A DNA stretch of 64,000 nucleotides from an uncultured delta proteobacterium (GCA_963729715.1 CAVSPA010000007.1:32001-96000), one strand, 5' to 3'; shown: positions 1 through 13,421, counted from the stretch's first letter. Numbers and translations are program-made. The notes: generated from the sequence alone by a model not told the origin.

Positions 1-170
1 AGCACTGTCCTAATACGTGCAATACTTTTCCGCACAGAACTCATTATGGCAGGAGATTCCAACTGACCCGTCGTATGTCGCAGGCGGAGTTTGAAAAGTT
101 CTTCAACAAGCTCTTTGTTTTTCTGCATGAGCTCATCAGTATCAAGATCTCTTATCTCTTTAATCTTCAC
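1..170 (-). CDS. rpmC: 50S ribosomal protein L29 (3' end runs off the window)
   Basis: Read by hand: GTG at 170 overlaps the rplP stop (GTGA); [56 protein letters not shown]; expected position after rplP. Confidence 0.95.
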   Translation of the reverse strand, partial: MKIKEIRDLDTDELMQKNKELVEELFKLRLRHTTGQLESPAIMSSVRKSIARIRTV

Positions 171-583
171 CCAATCATCTCCCTCGATAGAAACTTAGTT
201 GCAATCGAAAGCTTATGAGCAGCCAGTCTGAAGGCTTCACGGGCAACTTCCTCCGTAACCCCCTCCATTTCATAGAGGACAACACCAGGTTTAACGACTG
301 CAACCCACCCTTCAGGTGCTCCTTTTCCTTTACCCATACGGGTTTCCGCAGGTTTTTTCGTTATTGACTTATGAGGAAAAATTCTTATCCAGATTTTACC
401 TCCTCGCTTGACGTGGCGTGTCATGGCAACACGTGCAGCTTCAATTTGCCGGGACGTTATCCAGCCGCATTCGGCGGCCTGAAGTCCATACTCTCCAAAA
501 GTCACTACGCTTCCCCTGGTTGCCTTGCCACTCATGCGGCCCCTCTGTACTTTTCTGTACTTAACCCTCTTTGGCATCAACAT
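167..583 (-). CDS. rplP: 50S ribosomal protein L16
   Basis: [11 protein letters not shown]...RMGKGKG motifs. Confidence 0.99.
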   Translation of the reverse strand: MLMPKRVKYRKVQRGRMSGKATRGSVVTFGEYGLQAAECGWITSRQIEAARVAMTRHVKRGGKIWIRIFPHKSITKKPAETRMGKGKGAPEGWVAVVKPGVVLYEMEGVTEEVAREAFRLAAHKLSIATKFLSREMIG

Positions 584-733
584 AATTCAACGACCTCAGT
601 TGTCACAGCAAAAAAACAATATCCTTTAAACAAAAATCCCGAGTCCTAAAAAATATTCAAAGCATGTAAAATTCAAAAAGGCGTTTTGAGTCTTGTATAG
701 AATTGCGATATCAGGATTCAGGATTTAGTCTAT

Positions 734-1381
734 CTATTTATCCGCCACCTTTTTACTCGGAAGCACCTCTCCGTGAAATATCCATACCTTTATGCCAATA
801 AGTCCGTAGGCGGTATTCGCTTCTGCAAATCCCCAGTCGATATCAGCTCTCAGCGTGTGCAGGGGCACCCTTCCTTCTCTATACCATTCAGATCTCGCCA
901 TTTCGGCTCCGCCAAGCCTGCCAGCACAATTTACTCTGATCCCCTTGGCGCCGAATTTAAGGGAAGAGGTAACACATTTTTTCATGGCCCTCCTGAAGGC
1001 AACACGTCGCTCCAGCTGAAGGGCTACATTTTCAGCAACGAGCTGTGCGTCCACTTCAGGCTTGCGCACCTCGAGTATGTTTATAATAATTTCGCTCTTC
1101 GAAACACCTTCAAGCTCTTTTTTTAGTTTCTCAATCTCCGAACCCTTCTTGCCTATGATGATTCCCGGACGTGCCGCATAAATGTTGACCTTGGCCTTGC
1201 TGGCAGCCCTCTCTATCTCTATCCTTGAAATACCCGCATGATAGAGTTTCTTCTTAAGGTATTTTCTAATATTGATATCCTCATGAACCAGCTCCGCGTA
1301 ATTCTTCTCTGAAAACCACTGCGATCGCCACGTCTTTATCCCGCCCAGCCTGAAACCGATCGGGTTAACCTTCTGCCCCAA
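734..1381 (-). CDS. rpsC: 30S ribosomal protein S3
   Basis: [26 protein letters not shown]. Confidence 0.99.
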   Translation of the reverse strand: MGQKVNPIGFRLGGIKTWRSQWFSEKNYAELVHEDINIRKYLKKKLYHAGISRIEIERAASKAKVNIYAARPGIIIGKKGSEIEKLKKELEGVSKSEIIINILEVRKPEVDAQLVAENVALQLERRVAFRRAMKKCVTSSLKFGAKGIRVNCAGRLGGAEMARSEWYREGRVPLHTLRADIDWGFAEANTAYGLIGIKVWIFHGEVLPSKKVADK

Positions 1382-1399
1382 ACTTCACCTCCTCAATTC

Positions 1400-1732
1400 T
1401 CACTCTTCATCCAGAATTATCGTTATATGACTCATCCTCTTCTTTATGGATGCCGCCCTCCCTTGTGCCCTTGCTCTCCATCTTTTCAGTGAAGGACCCT
1501 GATCCACAAAAATATCCTTTACATAAAGTATGCTTTCATCGATGTTAGGGTTCTGTTTTGCATTAGCAACTGCGGATTTCAAAACTTTACTGATGATACC
1601 TGCAGAATATTTCCTCGTAAATTGCAGTATCGTCTTCGCCTCGTCAATTTTCTTCCCCCTCACTAAATCGACCACCAATCGAGCCTTCTGAGGAGAAACT
1701 CGAATATACTTGGCAACTGCCCTCGCTTCCAT
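1400..1732 (-). CDS. rplV: 50S ribosomal protein L22
   Basis: RVSPQKARLVVDLVRGK, RARAQGRA; ATG at 1732 preferred as start. Confidence 0.98.
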   Translation of the reverse strand: MEARAVAKYIRVSPQKARLVVDLVRGKKIDEAKTILQFTRKYSAGIISKVLKSAVANAKQNPNIDESILYVKDIFVDQGPSLKRWRARAQGRAASIKKRMSHITIILDEE

Positions 1733-1769
1733 ATCTCTAAACTCCAACTACCGATTTCAGCTTAAGTTA

Positions 1770-2051
1770 TTATTTCCGCACCTTCGTTTTTCGATCACCC
1801 GCATGGCTGAAAAACGTTCTCGTCGGCGCAAATTCACCGAGTTTATGTCCCACCATATTTTCTGTAACAAAGATTGGAATAAACTTCTTCCCGTTATGAA
1901 CTGCAAAGGTATGCCCTATCAATTCAGGAGTAACTGTTGACCGGCGGGACCAAGTCTTTATGACACTCTTGCTTCCCGACTCTTCGGCCTTTCTGACCTT
2001 GTCGAGAAGCTTCTCATTTATATATGCCCCCTTCTTAATTGAACGCGCCAC
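1770..2051 (-). CDS. rpsS: 30S ribosomal protein S19
   Basis: [18 protein letters not shown]. Confidence 0.99.
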   Translation of the reverse strand: MARSIKKGAYINEKLLDKVRKAEESGSKSVIKTWSRRSTVTPELIGHTFAVHNGKKFIPIFVTENMVGHKLGEFAPTRTFFSHAGDRKTKVRK

Positions 2052-2054
2052 CTT

Positions 2055-2876
2055 CTAACCTCTTCTCTTGACAATGTATTTATCAGTCTTTTTATTTTTC
2101 CGCGTCTTATGCCCTTTTGTCGGAACGCCCCACGGTGTGCACGGATGTCTTCCTCCGGACGATTTGCCTTCACCTCCGCCCATAGGATGGTCGACTGGAT
2201 TCATGGCCACGCCCCTCACCTTGGGGCGTCTTCCCAGCCACCTTGACCGACCGGCTTTGCCGATGCTAATATTTTCATGATCGATATTGCCCACCTGCCC
2301 TATGGTCGCCTTGCAATCGAGCAGGATTTTTCTTACCTCTCCTGAAGGGAGTCTTACTTGCGCATACCCTTCTTCCTTGGCCATAAGCTGCCCGTATGTT
2401 CCCGCCGATCGGATCAGCTGGCCTCCACGCCCAATCTGCAGTTCCACATTGTGAACAAGGGAGCCGAGTGGTATATTTTTTATGGGCATGGTGTTTCCGG
2501 GTTTGATATCGGCCTTTTCGGAGCTTACGATAGTATCGCCTATGTCCATTCTTGACGGAGCGATGATGTACCTCTTCTCGCCATCGAGATAATGCAATAA
2601 GGCAATGCGTGAACTCCGATTGGGATCGTATTCCAGTTCCGCTACCTTGGCAGGTATTTCCATCTTGTCTCGCCTAAAATCAATTGCCCGATATCGCCTC
2701 TTATGACCGCCTCCAACGTGCCTCATCGTTATTCTTCCGTAGCAATTTCGTCCGCCCGTACGTTGCAGAGGTATGAGCAAACTCTTTTCAGGCTCCGTGC
2801 GTGTGATCTCATTAAAATCCGAGCACGTTTGGAATCTTCTACCCGGCGATGTTGGTTTATATTTCCTTATAGCCAT
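2055..2876 (-). CDS. rplB: 50S ribosomal protein L2
   Basis: [24 protein letters not shown]. Confidence 0.99.
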   Translation of the reverse strand: MAIRKYKPTSPGRRFQTCSDFNEITRTEPEKSLLIPLQRTGGRNCYGRITMRHVGGGHKRRYRAIDFRRDKMEIPAKVAELEYDPNRSSRIALLHYLDGEKRYIIAPSRMDIGDTIVSSEKADIKPGNTMPIKNIPLGSLVHNVELQIGRGGQLIRSAGTYGQLMAKEEGYAQVRLPSGEVRKILLDCKATIGQVGNIDHENISIGKAGRSRWLGRRPKVRGVAMNPVDHPMGGGEGKSSGGRHPCTPWGVPTKGHKTRKNKKTDKYIVKRRG

Positions 2877-2897
2877 CCGACTGTATCTCTCTCCCGT

Positions 2898-3182
2898 TTA
2901 CACGCCTTCATGAATTTCAATACGATTGCCGGGAGCAAGGGTGACGATTGCCTTTTTCCATGAACGCTTTTCACCCATAATCTTCCCAACCCGCTTTTTC
3001 TTTCCGACAATATTCATAACATGAACATCCAATACTTTTACTTTGAAGATCTTTTCCACCGCCGTGGCAACCTCAATCTTGTTTGCTCTTCGATCTACTT
3101 CAAAGATATACTTGTTTTCTTCCTTCGCACTAGTGCTCTTCTCGGTAATCAGCGCCCTTCTAATAGTATGATATATATCCAT
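2898..3182 (-). CDS. rplW: 50S ribosomal protein L23
   Basis: [20 protein letters not shown]10 operon order. Confidence 0.98.
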   Translation of the reverse strand: MDIYHTIRRALITEKSTSAKEENKYIFEVDRRANKIEVATAVEKIFKVKVLDVHVMNIVGKKKRVGKIMGEKRSWKKAIVTLAPGNRIEIHEGV

Positions 3183-3805
3183 TATGACAATAACGCCCCT
3201 TCAATCATCTTCACCGATGGTTCAAAGAGAACCACATGATCGTAGTTCAGAAGGTCATAAACATTGATCCCCTCCGACCGAATCAATTTGATTCCCTCCA
3301 CATTTCTTGAGGATTTCTCCAAGACAGGATTAGACTTGTCTAAAACAAGCAAGGCCTTTTTCAAACCGAATCGATCAATAACCTCCTTGAACTTCTTTGT
3401 CTTAATTTCTTCCATGGGAAAATCTTTCAGTATCAACATCTTCCCTTCCCTTACCTTCATGCTCAGGGCAGACATCAAGGCCAGTTTCCTGACTTTCTTC
3501 GGTACTTTATACGCGTAACTCCGCGGATGAGGCCCGAACACAATCCCGCCACCCCGCCATAGGGGAGACCTTATAGTGCCGGCTCTCGCTCTGCCTGTGC
3601 CTTTCTGGCGCCAAGGTTTCCTGCCTCCTCCTCTGATTTCCTGCCTCCTCTTGGTTGACGCAGTGCCGGACCTTCTCCCTGCCATCTGCATTCTGACCAC
3701 ATCATGCAGTACGGTTTCATTGACCTCCACAGCAAAGACAGCATCACTTAAATCGATCTCCGATACTCTGTTATTCTCAATATCGTATACACCGGCAACT
3801 GGCAT
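3182..3805 (-). CDS. rplD: 50S ribosomal protein L4
   Basis: [14 protein letters not shown]. Confidence 0.99.
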   Translation of the reverse strand: MPVAGVYDIENNRVSEIDLSDAVFAVEVNETVLHDVVRMQMAGRRSGTASTKRRQEIRGGGRKPWRQKGTGRARAGTIRSPLWRGGGIVFGPHPRSYAYKVPKKVRKLALMSALSMKVREGKMLILKDFPMEEIKTKKFKEVIDRFGLKKALLVLDKSNPVLEKSSRNVEGIKLIRSEGINVYDLLNYDHVVLFEPSVKMIEGALLS

Positions 3806-3826
3806 TTTATCTACTCCAGATCCTGC

Positions 3827-4459
3827 TTAACCACCCATTTTAGTTGATTGCCTGATAATGACAATGCTATTTTTACAACCCGGAATAGATCCCTTAACCA
3901 AAATCAGATTCCGCTCCGGCCTTATACCCATCACCAATAAATTTTGTATTGTCTTCCTCACATCGCCCATCTGTCCAGGAAGCTTTTTCCCCTTCAGAAC
4001 TCGCGATGGCTCCGCACTCGCCCCGATAGATCCTGGCGCCCTATGAAACATCGATCCGTGCGTCGCCCTGCCGCCGCTGAAGCCGTGTCTTTTAATAACG
4101 CCGGCAAACCCTTTGCCTTTTGAGGTGCCGACGACATCTATATAATCTCCAATCTTAAACGTATCGACCTTCAGTTCCTGCCCGAGCTCATAGCTATCTG
4201 TAGCAGTTCTGAATTCCTTGAGATTACGGAAAAACCCTTTGTTTGCTTTATTAAGATGGCCCTGCAAGGCCTTCGTCACATTCTTCTGCTTAATCCGTCC
4301 GTATCCCAATTGTAGTGCATCGTAGCCATCATCTTTTTGAGTTTTTTTCTGAACGACAACAGATGGTTCCGCCTCGATGACAGTTACCGGAATAGATTCG
4401 CCGTCTTCCGCAAAAATTTGTGTCATGCCTAATTTCCTGCCGAGGAGCAACTTTTTCAT
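3827..4459 (-). CDS. rplC: 50S ribosomal protein L3
   Basis: [29 protein letters not shown]. Confidence 0.99.
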   Translation of the reverse strand: MKKLLLGRKLGMTQIFAEDGESIPVTVIEAEPSVVVQKKTQKDDGYDALQLGYGRIKQKNVTKALQGHLNKANKGFFRNLKEFRTATDSYELGQELKVDTFKIGDYIDVVGTSKGKGFAGVIKRHGFSGGRATHGSMFHRAPGSIGASAEPSRVLKGKKLPGQMGDVRKTIQNLLVMGIRPERNLILVKGSIPGCKNSIVIIRQSTKMGG

Positions 4460-4657
4460 GTTCTTCCTACAATATTTAGCACTCGATGGGCAGTCAAAAG
4501 CTTACGTGCGCGTCAGCCTTTACAACCGCCTGATAGTTCTGCGTATGCCTGATTACTTCAGTATACGACTCTTTAAAAGGGCGCATCATTTCTAACAAAT
4601 GACATCCAATCCCTTCACACATGACAAAGAAGATGCTGATAGTATCTCGTGTATGAT

Positions 4658-4966
4658 CTATAATTTTATTTCAACGTCGACGCCCGCAGACAGGTCCAAT
4701 TTCATCAGCGCATCTACAGTAGATTGCGTCGGCTCAATAATATCAATGAGTCTCTTGTGTGTCCTGATCTCAAATTGCTCCCTTGATTTCTTGTCTACGT
4801 GAGGAGATCGATTGACGCAAAATTTGTTGATTTCCGTGGGGAGGGGTATGGGACCAGCCACACGGGCTCCCGTCCTTTTTGCCGTCTCAACAATATCTTC
4901 GACAGACCTGTCAAGGAGTTTATAATCATATGCCTTGAGGCGGATTCTTATTCTCTGATCTTTCAT
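4658..4966 (-). CDS. rpsJ: 30S ribosomal protein S10
   Basis: [22 protein letters not shown]. Confidence 0.99.
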   Translation of the reverse strand: MKDQRIRIRLKAYDYKLLDRSVEDIVETAKRTGARVAGPIPLPTEINKFCVNRSPHVDKKSREQFEIRTHKRLIDIIEPTQSTVDALMKLDLSAGVDVEIKL

Positions 4967-4992
4967 AGATATATCAACCTATCGCATTCCTT

Positions 4993-6186
4993 CTATTCAA
5001 TTATCTTACTGACAACACCGGCGCCGACAGTTCGACCGCCTTCCCTGATGGCGAACCTGAGCTGTTCTTCCATGGCGATGGGGGTGATCAAATCTACTTC
5101 AACTTCGATGTTGTCACCAGGCATCACCATCTCGACACCTTCAGGCAGCGTACAGATCCCTGTGACATCCGTGGTTCTGAAATAGAACTGTGGACGGTAG
5201 CCGGGAAAGAAGGGCGTATGCCTTCCGCCTTCCTCTTTGGTCAGAACGTAGACTGCAGCTTTAAATTTCGTATGGGGCGTAATTGATCCCGGTTTTGCCA
5301 CAACTTGGCCTCTTTCAACTTCTTCTCGTTTGGTGCCTCTTAAGAGAACACCGATATCATCGCCCGCCCTGCCCTCATCAAGGGTCTTGCGAAACATCTC
5401 CACACCCGTACATACTGTCTTGAACGTAGGTCTGAAACCGACTATTTCCACTTCATCTCCCGTTCTGATGATACCTCTTTCCGCCCTGCCGGTAACCACG
5501 GTCCCACGGCCCGATATGGAGAACACATCACCAATAGGCATGAGGAAAGGCTTATCCAAATCGCGCGTAGGCTCCGGAATATAGGTATCGACGGCATCCA
5601 TCAACTCCCAGATAGACTTTGCATCAGGCGAATCAGGATCATCAGTCTCCAGAGCCTTCAGGGCTGACCCTCTGATTATGGGAACTTCATCTCCGGGAAA
5701 TTCATACTGTGTCAAGAGCTCCCGCAATTCAAGCTCTACGAGATCCAAGAGTTCCGGGTCATCTACAAGGTCGATCTTGTTCAAATAGACAACGATATAG
5801 GGAACCCGAACCTGTCTTGCAAGGAGGATGTGCTCTCTTGTCTGAGGCATGGGACCATCTGAAGCAGCCACCACCAGGATCGTTCCGTCCATGTGAGCTG
5901 CACCTGATATCATGTTCTTTATATAGTCCGCGTGGCCAGGGCAATCTACGTGGGCATAATGTCTCTTCGCTGTCTCATATTCCACGTGCGCAACGTTAAT
6001 GGTAACTCCCCTTTCTTTTTCCTCTGGTGCATTGTCTATGGAATCAAAGGGTCTGAATTCGGCCAATCCTTTTTTCTGCAAGTGTTTTGTAATTGCCGCC
6101 GTCAGGGTAGTCTTACCATGATCTACGTGCCCAATGGTGCCAATATTCACATGCGGTTTCGTCCTCTCAAATTTCTTCTTAGCCAT
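4993..6186 (-). CDS. tuf: Elongation factor Tu
   Basis: [29 protein letters not shown] 8 nt before the ATG at 6186. Confidence 0.99.
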   Translation of the reverse strand: MAKKKFERTKPHVNIGTIGHVDHGKTTLTAAITKHLQKKGLAEFRPFDSIDNAPEEKERGVTINVAHVEYETAKRHYAHVDCPGHADYIKNMISGAAHMDGTILVVAASDGPMPQTREHILLARQVRVPYIVVYLNKIDLVDDPELLDLVELELRELLTQYEFPGDEVPIIRGSALKALETDDPDSPDAKSIWELMDAVDTYIPEPTRDLDKPFLMPIGDVFSISGRGTVVTGRAERGIIRTGDEVEIVGFRPTFKTVCTGVEMFRKTLDEGRAGDDIGVLLRGTKREEVERGQVVAKPGSITPHTKFKAAVYVLTKEEGGRHTPFFPGYRPQFYFRTTDVTGICTLPEGVEMVMPGDNIEVEVDLITPIAMEEQLRFAIREGGRTVGAGVVSKIIE

Positions 6187-6236
6187 ATCCATTACCTCCT
6201 TCAACTTTAAATGGTTCGTTTATTCACTATACTTCT

Positions 6237-8324
6237 TTATGCTTCATCGATTGTCTTTAGTCTGTCAATGACCAGCTTCGCCTGACTTTCTGACACTGCA
6301 TGGTAATTAAGAAAACGCATTGTAAAAGTTGCTCTTCCCTGAGTTTTTGATCTAAGATCAGTAGCATATCCGAACATTTCTGCCAGAGGAACCTCGGCAT
6401 TAATTGCCTCCAAAGAAGGCCTTGACTCAATACTCACTATTTTCCCCCGTCTCGAAGTGAGATTTCCAATAACATCACCCATATATTCTTTGGGGACTAT
6501 GACTTCCACAGACATTATTGGCTCCATCAAGACGGGGTGAGCTCTTCTTGCCCCGCTCTTGAATGCCATGGAGGCCGCTATCTTAAATGCCATTTCGGAA
6601 GAATCCACGTCGTGAAAAGAGCCATCCACGGCACTGACAATGACATCTACCACGGGAAAGCCTGCCAGAACACCCTCCTGTGTAGCCTCGGAGACGCCCC
6701 TTGCCACTGCCGGAATATACTCGCCGGGAATAACCCCGCCGACAATCTTATTCCTGAATTCAAATCCTCGACCTGGCTCATTAGGTTCAATCTCCAGCCA
6801 CACGTGACCATACTGTCCTCTGCCGCCGGACTGTTTAACAAACTTGCCTTCAGATCTGATTCTTTTTCTGATAGTCTCCTTGTAAGCCACCTGCGGATCA
6901 CCGATGTTGGCGCCTAATCCAAATTCTCTCGATAGTCGGTCGACGATAATTTCTAAATGCAACTCTCCCATCCCCGAGATTAAGGTTTGACCCGTATCTT
7001 TGTCGACCTTAACCCTGAAGGAAGGGTCTTCACGGGAGATCTTTCTGAGAGCCGTATCCAGTTTTTCCTCATCCGCCTTCGTTTTTGGCTCTATGGCTAT
7101 GGCAATAACGGGATCGGGAAACTCCAGAGTCTCCAATGCAAGAGGATGTTCCGTATCACAAAGAGTATCGCCTGTAGTCGTCAGGTTAAGACCCACGGCG
7201 GCAGCTATGTCACCAGTGCGTACTTCTTTGATCTCCTCCCTCTTATTGGCATGCATTTTTAGCAAGCGGCCGATGCGCTCCTTCTTTCCTTTGGACACAT
7301 TATATACATAGGAACCGGCAGAGAGTACACCTGAGTATACCCTGAAATAGGTCAACTGACCGACATAGGGATCAGTCACAATCTTAAATGCCAACGCTGA
7401 AAAAGCTTCATCATCGTCCGGCATTCTTTCTATCTTCTCCCCCTTCCTGCCAATGCCGATAACCGGAGGCATGTCCAGCGGAGAAGGAAGGTAATCGATG
7501 ACTGCATCCAAGAGAGGTTGAACACCTTTATTCTTGAAGGCAGAGCCGCACAATACCGGCGTCGCTTTCAAGGATAGTGTCGCCTTCCTCAAGGCGCTTA
7601 TAATCTCTTCTTGTGAAAGAGCTTCTTCATTGAGATATTTCTTCATCAGGTTCTCATCGTGATCGGAAAGAAACTCTATGAGCTTCTCTCGCTCCCGACG
7701 AGAGGCATCAAGAAGATCAGGCGGAATCTCACTCACGCTGAACTTAGCCCCCAGGGAATATTCATCGTAAATGATCGCCTTCATACGTATAAGATCGATT
7801 ACTCCCCGGAAGAATTCTTCCTTGCCGATGGGCATCTGAACGGGTATCGGATGCGCCCCGAGCCTGTCGCGGATCGCGGCAACAACCTTCTCAAAATCGG
7901 CCCCTACCCTATCCATCTTATTGACAAAGATAACTCGCGGGACGCGGTACTTATCCGCTTGACCCCAAACTACCTCGGACTGGGGTTCCACGCCTCCCAC
8001 TGCGCAGAAAAGGGCAACGGCACCGTCTAAAATTCTCAAAGATCTTTCCACTTCTATGGTGAAGTCAACATGGCCGGGCGTATCGATGAGGTTGATGCGG
8101 TGGTCGCTCCACGTGCATGTAGTAGCCGCAGCCGTGATGGTTATACCCCGCTCCTGCTCCTGCTCCATCCAATCCATGGTGGCCGTTCCTTCATCGACCT
8201 CACCCATCTTGTAGGAGCCGTGAGTATAATAAAGGATCCGTTCGGTTGTTGTCGTCTTGCCGGCATCAATGTGCGCCATAATGCCGATATTGCGAAGACT
8301 CTGTAAAGGAACAATGCGTGCCAA
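6237..8324 (-). CDS. fusA: Elongation factor G (TTG start)
   Basis: [39 protein letters not shown]; lies in the str operon. Confidence 0.98.
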   Translation of the reverse strand: MARIVPLQSLRNIGIMAHIDAGKTTTTERILYYTHGSYKMGEVDEGTATMDWMEQEQERGITITAAATTCTWSDHRINLIDTPGHVDFTIEVERSLRILDGAVALFCAVGGVEPQSEVVWGQADKYRVPRVIFVNKMDRVGADFEKVVAAIRDRLGAHPIPVQMPIGKEEFFRGVIDLIRMKAIIYDEYSLGAKFSVSEIPPDLLDASRREREKLIEFLSDHDENLMKKYLNEEALSQEEIISALRKATLSLKATPVLCGSAFKNKGVQPLLDAVIDYLPSPLDMPPVIGIGRKGEKIERMPDDDEAFSALAFKIVTDPYVGQLTYFRVYSGVLSAGSYVYNVSKGKKERIGRLLKMHANKREEIKEVRTGDIAAAVGLNLTTTGDTLCDTEHPLALETLEFPDPVIAIAIEPKTKADEEKLDTALRKISREDPSFRVKVDKDTGQTLISGMGELHLEIIVDRLSREFGLGANIGDPQVAYKETIRKRIRSEGKFVKQSGGRGQYGHVWLEIEPNEPGRGFEFRNKIVGGVIPGEYIPAVARGVSEATQEGVLAGFPVVDVIVSAVDGSFHDVDSSEMAFKIAASMAFKSGARRAHPVLMEPIMSVEVIVPKEYMGDVIGNLTSRRGKIVSIESRPSLEAINAEVPLAEMFGYATDLRSKTQGRATFTMRFLNYHAVSESQAKLVIDRLKTIDEA

Positions 8325-8353
8325 TTAATATTCACCCAAACCTTCAAGCAAAG

Positions 8354-8824
8354 CTAAAACCGGTAGTGGGCAAATGCCTTATTCGCCTCTGCCATCTTGT
8401 GAACGCTTTCTCTTTTCTTGACGGAAGCGCCTCTGTTATTAGCGGCATCGATCAATTCGGCAGCAAGCTTTTCTTGCATGGTTTTTTCGGCACGTTCTTT
8501 TGCATGAATAATTAACCAACGAATTGCCAGGGCAACTCTTCTCTCCGGCACAACTTCAGTTGGCACCTGATACGTAGATCCTCCGACACGTCGTGATTTT
8601 ACTTCTATCAGAGGCTTGACGTTACTTACGGCCTTTTCAAAGACTTCTACAGGCTGCTCTTTCGTTCTCTTTTCAATAATATCAAAAGCCCCGTAGAACA
8701 TCGATTCTGCAATGCTTTTTTTGCCCTTCCGCAACAGACAATTAATAAATCTTGCCACAAGCTTATTATTGTACTTTGGATCCGGTATTACTTCTCTTTT
8801 TGCAATCTCTCTTCTTCTCGGCAT
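8354..8824 (-). CDS. rpsG: 30S ribosomal protein S7
   Basis: [23 protein letters not shown]. Confidence 0.99.
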   Translation of the reverse strand: MPRRREIAKREVIPDPKYNNKLVARFINCLLRKGKKSIAESMFYGAFDIIEKRTKEQPVEVFEKAVSNVKPLIEVKSRRVGGSTYQVPTEVVPERRVALAIRWLIIHAKERAEKTMQEKLAAELIDAANNRGASVKKRESVHKMAEANKAFAHYRF

Positions 8825-8837
8825 GACCTATTCTCAC

Positions 8838-9209
8838 TTAGCTCGGCTTCTTGGCCCCGTATTTTGATCTGCCCTGCTTTCTGTCCTGAACTCCGACGGC
8901 ATCGAGCGTGCCTCTGATAATATGATACCGTACACCCGGAAGATCTTTCACTCTGCCGCCCCTAACTAAAACAACGGAGTGCTCTTGAAGATTATGGCCC
9001 ACTCCCGGTATATAAGATGTCACTTCATATCCACTGGCGAGACGAACCCTTGCGACCTTTCTCAAAGCAGAATTTGGTTTCTTGGGTGTGGAGGTATACA
9101 CGCGAACGCAAACACCCCGTCTCTGCGGTGAACCGGCCAGAGCAGGTGTTGACGTCTTCTTCTGTATTTTCGTCCTTCCCTTGCGGACCAATTGATTCAG
9201 CGTCGGCAT
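8838..9209 (-). CDS. rpsL: 30S ribosomal protein S12
   Basis: [20 protein letters not shown]. Confidence 0.99.
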   Translation of the reverse strand: MPTLNQLVRKGRTKIQKKTSTPALAGSPQRRGVCVRVYTSTPKKPNSALRKVARVRLASGYEVTSYIPGVGHNLQEHSVVLVRGGRVKDLPGVRYHIIRGTLDAVGVQDRKQGRSKYGAKKPS

Positions 9210-9266
9210 GATTCCTCCTAAAATTTTCTTAACTTATGCCATTCGTACATAAAAGATGATTTTCTA

Positions 9267-12200
9267 TCAACTTGTGGCCTTTATGTCAACATCTTTTTCA
9301 ATTAATTTTTCATCAGTCTCCTGACTTTCCATTTCGTCTCCGATCTCTGCATCCGCCACCTTAATGCCCAGCTTCCTGTACATAGGAAGACCGGTCCCTG
9401 CAGGAATCAGCCGCCCCATTATTACATTCTCTTTGAGCCCTCTTAAATAATCTATCTTCCCGGCGAGGCTCGCCTCCGTAAGGACACGTGTTGTCTCCTG
9501 GAACGAGGCCGCAGATATGAAACTCTGTGTGCTGAGAGATGCCTTGGTAATGCCGAGAAGCATCGGTTCTCCGATAGCGGGCTTTTCTCCCTTACCAACG
9601 ACTCGTTCGTTTTCTTCCTGGAAACGATATCTTTCCACCTGTTCATCAGCGATGAACGATGTGTCGCCCGGGTCTTTCACTTTCACCCTTCGCAACATCT
9701 GGCGAACAATTATCTCCATATGTTTGTCGTTGATCTTAACTCCCTGAAGTCTGTACACCTCCTGCACCTCATCGACCAGGTACCTGGCCAACGCTTTCTC
9801 ACCTTTGATCGCAAGAAGATCGTGAGGATTGTGTACACCGTCCATCAGCGCTTCACCGGCTTGAATCCTGTCGCCTTCCTGAACGCTGACATGTTTTCCC
9901 TTAGGAATGAGATATTCCTTGTCTTCTCCCACGTCCGGGCTAATAATTACTTTCCTTTTCCCCTTTGCATCTTTACCGTATGACACCGTCCCATCAATCT
10001 CACTTATAACGGCAAATTCCCTCGGCTTTCGAGCCTCAAAAAGCTCTGCCACTCTCGGAAGACCTCCGGTGATATCCTTGGTTTTCGTCGTCTCTCTGGG
10101 AATCTTGGCAACAATGTCGCCTGCCTTGATCTTATCGCCTTCGGAAACCACAATATTTGCACCTACGGGTAGGAGATATCTTGCTACGGCATTGGTACCC
10201 GGGATCTTTGCTGTCTTGCCTTTCTCGTCTTTGATGGAAACCCGCGTACGGAAGTTGGCACCCTTATATTCGACTATAACTTTTCTTGAAAGACCGGTCA
10301 CTTCATCGACCTGTTCCTGCATTGTCTTTCCTTCCAATATGTCGCCATACTTTACGGTCCCGTCAACCTCGGCAAGTATCGGTATGGAAAAAGGATCCCA
10401 CTCCGCAAGAAGATCCCCCGTTTTCACGACGTTGCCATTCTTGACTTTGAGATGGGCCCCATATGGGACCGGATATTTCCCGCGACTTCTGGCCTGTTCG
10501 TCAAGAACATGAACTTCTCCGTTTCTGTTCATCACGACGATATCCTTCCCATGACCCTTAACAGTGTTGAGGTGCACGTACTTCACGGTGCCGTCATGCC
10601 TCGCTTCAAGCGTGGAATGTTCCTCAAACTTAGCAGTACCGCCGATGTGAAATGTTCGCATAGTGAGCTGGGTTCCAGGTTCACCGATGGACTGAGCTGC
10701 AATGATACCCACGGCCTCACCTATATTGACGAGATGACCATGGGCCAAGTCTCTTCCATAGCACATGGCGCAAACGCCTTGCTTTGATTTGCATGTAAGG
10801 ACAGATCTTATATTTATCCTTTCTACACCGGACTTATCAATTTTCTCGGCTAAGGCTTCATCGATTGCTTCATTCGCATGTACAATAATTTCACCGGTAA
10901 AAGGATCCTTTATTTCTTCCAACGCAACTCTTCCGAGAACTCTTTCTCCGGCCGCTTCTATAATCTCCCCACCTTCCATTAGGGCTGAGACATAAATTCC
11001 ATCAATGGTGTTGCAATCATTTTCACTTATAATGCAATCTTGGGCTACATCGACAAGCCGTCTGGTTAGATATCCGGAATTGGCTGTTTTCAGGGCCGTG
11101 TCGGCCAAGCCTTTCCTTGCACCATGCGTAGAAATAAAATATTGAAGAACAGTAAGACCTTCTCGGAAATTTGCAGTGATCGGGGTTTCAATAATTTCCC
11201 CTGATGGCTTGGCCATCAGACCCCTCATACCCGCAAGTTGCCTGATCTGAACAGCGCTGCCCCTCGCACCAGAATCGGCCATCATATAGATAGGATTCAG
11301 GCTTTCTCCCGGCCTCTTCGAGCCAGTAGCTGCATCATTTTCTTCTTCCCCGATGCCGCTTAACATCTCGGCGGCAATCTTTTCTGTCGCCTGTGCCCAG
11401 ATGTCGATGACCTTATTGTAGCGCTCACCATCCGTAATAAGACCATCCATATACTGATTCTGTACTTTCAGTACCTCTTTATCAGCCAAAGCTACTATAT
11501 CTTTCTTGTTCTCGGGAACGACCATATTATGGATCGCAATAGATGTCCCCGAAGCAGTAGCATACTTAAATCCCAAATCCTTAAGTTGATCGGCAAGCAA
11601 GACTGCCGTTTTTGCGCCACACGACCGGTAACAATTATCAATAAGATTCGCCAACTCCTTCTTATTCATCACTTTATTAATGGCATCGAAGGGAATCTCC
11701 TGAGGAATAATATCATAAAGAATAACCCTGCCAACGGTTGTATCCTTCAATTCACCGTCGATGCGTACTCGCACCTTTGCGTGAAGACGAACGGCATCAG
11801 CATCGAGGGCTCTACGGACTTCTCCAGAATCTGAAAAAGTCATCCCCTCACCTTTGATGTCAGACCTGGCACGTGTCAGGTAATAAATCCCGAGCACGAT
11901 ATCCTGACTCGGATTAATGATCGGCTTTCCATTGGCTGGAGAAAGTATATTGTTCGTTGACATCATCAGGACTCTGGCCTCTGTCTGAGCCTCAATGGAT
12001 AGGGGGACATGGACGGCCATCTGGTCCCCGTCAAAATCGGCGTTAAATGCCGTGCAGACCAGGGGATGGAGCTGTATCGCCTTCCCCTCAATCAGAACCG
12101 GCTCAAAGGCCTGAATGCCAAGCCTGTGCAGGGTTGGAGCCCTGTTGAGCATTACTGGATATTCGCGCACCACTTCATCGAGTGCATCCCATACCTCGGC

Positions 12201-13421
12201 AGTCTCTTTTTCCACCATTTTCTTGGCACTTTTCACGGTGGTTACATAACCCTTCTCCTCGAGGCGGTTATAGACAAATGGTTTAAAAAGCTCGAGCGCC
12301 ATCTTCTTGGGAAGACCGCACTGATGAAGCCGGAGATCAGGCCCCACTGTAATGACCGACCGTCCTGAGTAATCGACCCTTTTGCCAAGCAGGTTCTGCC
12401 TGAACCTGCCCTGTTTCCCTTTCAGCATGTCAGACAGGGACCTGAGAGGCCTCTTATTTGAACCTGTGATGGCCCTGCCCCTTCTGCCGTTATCGAAGAG
12501 GACGTCAACTGCCTCCTGGAGCATTCTCTTTTCGTTCCTGACTATAATCTCCGGGGCGTTTAATTCCTGCAAACGCTTCAGACGGTTATTTCTATTGATC
12601 ACCCGCCTGTAAAGATCGTTGAGGTCGGATGTCGCAAAACGGCCTCCGTCCAACGGTACCAGAGGTCGTAAATCCGGCGGGATGACGGGCAATACTGTAA
12701 GAACCATCCATTCAGGTCTGTTTGTCTTGGATTTTTTCAAGGACTCGATCACTTTCAATCTCTTGACAAGCTTCTTCTTCTTTGTATCAGAAACGGTGGA
12801 TCTCAGCTCTTCACGCAGTTCTTCATCGATCTTTATCAGATCAATTTCGACAAGAAGTTTTCTGACGGCTTCGGCTCCAATCCCAACTTCAAAAGCATCT
12901 TCGCCGTACTGTTCGTGTAACTCACTTACCTCTTCCTCAGACAGAAGTTCCTTTTTTTTCAGAGGGGTGTTCTTGGGGTCGAGCACGATCCAGGACTCGA
13001 AATAAAGAACCTTTTCCAGTTCCTTAAGACTCAAATCGAGGACATTTCCTATCCGGCTCGGAAGACTCTTGAGAAACCATATGTGAGCGACCGGCGTCGC
13101 CAGGGTAATGTGGCCCATCCTTTCTCTGCGCACCTTTGATTGGATAACCTCGACACCGCATTTCTCACATATGACGCCACGATATTTCATCCTCTTATAG
13201 CGGCCACACAGACACTCGTAATCTTTTACGGGGCCGAATATTTTTGCGCAAAACAGTCCATCTCTTTCCGGCTTGAATGTCCTGTAATTAATCGTCTCAG
13301 GTTTCTTAACCTCACCGTGGGACCACGAAAGTATCTTCTCCGGCGAAGCAAGCGACATCTTGATTGCGCTGAACCTGATAGGGTCCTTCGGTTTTTCAAA
13401 ATAACTAAAAATATCTTCCAC
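9267..13421 (-). CDS. rpoC: RNA polymerase beta' subunit
   Basis: [12 protein letters not shown] catalytic motif; Zn-finger CxC...CxxC. Confidence 0.99.
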   Translation of the reverse strand: MEDIFSYFEKPKDPIRFSAIKMSLASPEKILSWSHGEVKKPETINYRTFKPERDGLFCAKIFGPVKDYECLCGRYKRMKYRGVICEKCGVEVIQSKVRRERMGHITLATPVAHIWFLKSLPSRIGNVLDLSLKELEKVLYFESWIVLDPKNTPLKKKELLSEEEVSELHEQYGEDAFEVGIGAEAVRKLLVEIDLIKIDEELREELRSTVSDTKKKKLVKRLKVIESLKKSKTNRPEWMVLTVLPVIPPDLRPLVPLDGGRFATSDLNDLYRRVINRNNRLKRLQELNAPEIIVRNEKRMLQEAVDVLFDNGRRGRAITGSNKRPLRSLSDMLKGKQGRFRQNLLGKRVDYSGRSVITVGPDLRLHQCGLPKKMALELFKPFVYNRLEEKGYVTTVKSAKKMVEKETAEVWDALDEVVREYPVMLNRAPTLHRLGIQAFEPVLIEGKAIQLHPLVCTAFNADFDGDQMAVHVPLSIEAQTEARVLMMSTNNILSPANGKPIINPSQDIVLGIYYLTRARSDIKGEGMTFSDSGEVRRALDADAVRLHAKVRVRIDGELKDTTVGRVILYDIIPQEIPFDAINKVMNKKELANLIDNCYRSCGAKTAVLLADQLKDLGFKYATASGTSIAIHNMVVPENKKDIVALADKEVLKVQNQYMDGLITDGERYNKVIDIWAQATEKIAAEMLSGIGEEENDAATGSKRPGESLNPIYMMADSGARGSAVQIRQLAGMRGLMAKPSGEIIETPITANFREGLTVLQYFISTHGARKGLADTALKTANSGYLTRRLVDVAQDCIISENDCNTIDGIYVSALMEGGEIIEAAGERVLGRVALEEIKDPFTGEIIVHANEAIDEALAEKIDKSGVERINIRSVLTCKSKQGVCAMCYGRDLAHGHLVNIGEAVGIIAAQSIGEPGTQLTMRTFHIGGTAKFEEHSTLEARHDGTVKYVHLNTVKGHGKDIVVMNRNGEVHVLDEQARSRGKYPVPYGAHLKVKNGNVVKTGDLLAEWDPFSIPILAEVDGTVKYGDILEGKTMQEQVDEVTGLSRKVIVEYKGANFRTRVSIKDEKGKTAKIPGTNAVARYLLPVGANIVVSEGDKIKAGDIVAKIPRETTKTKDITGGLPRVAELFEARKPREFAVISEIDGTVSYGKDAKGKRKVIISPDVGEDKEYLIPKGKHVSVQEGDRIQAGEALMDGVHNPHDLLAIKGEKALARYLVDEVQEVYRLQGVKINDKHMEIIVRQMLRRVKVKDPGDTSFIADEQVERYRFQEENERVVGKGEKPAIGEPMLLGITKASLSTQSFISAASFQETTRVLTEASLAGKIDYLRGLKENVIMGRLIPAGTGLPMYRKLGIKVADAEIGDEMESQETDEKLIEKDVDIKATS

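Noticed and set aside
8838..9209. Streptomycin-resistance changes in S12
   Set aside because: PKKPNSA and RVKDLPG are wild type.
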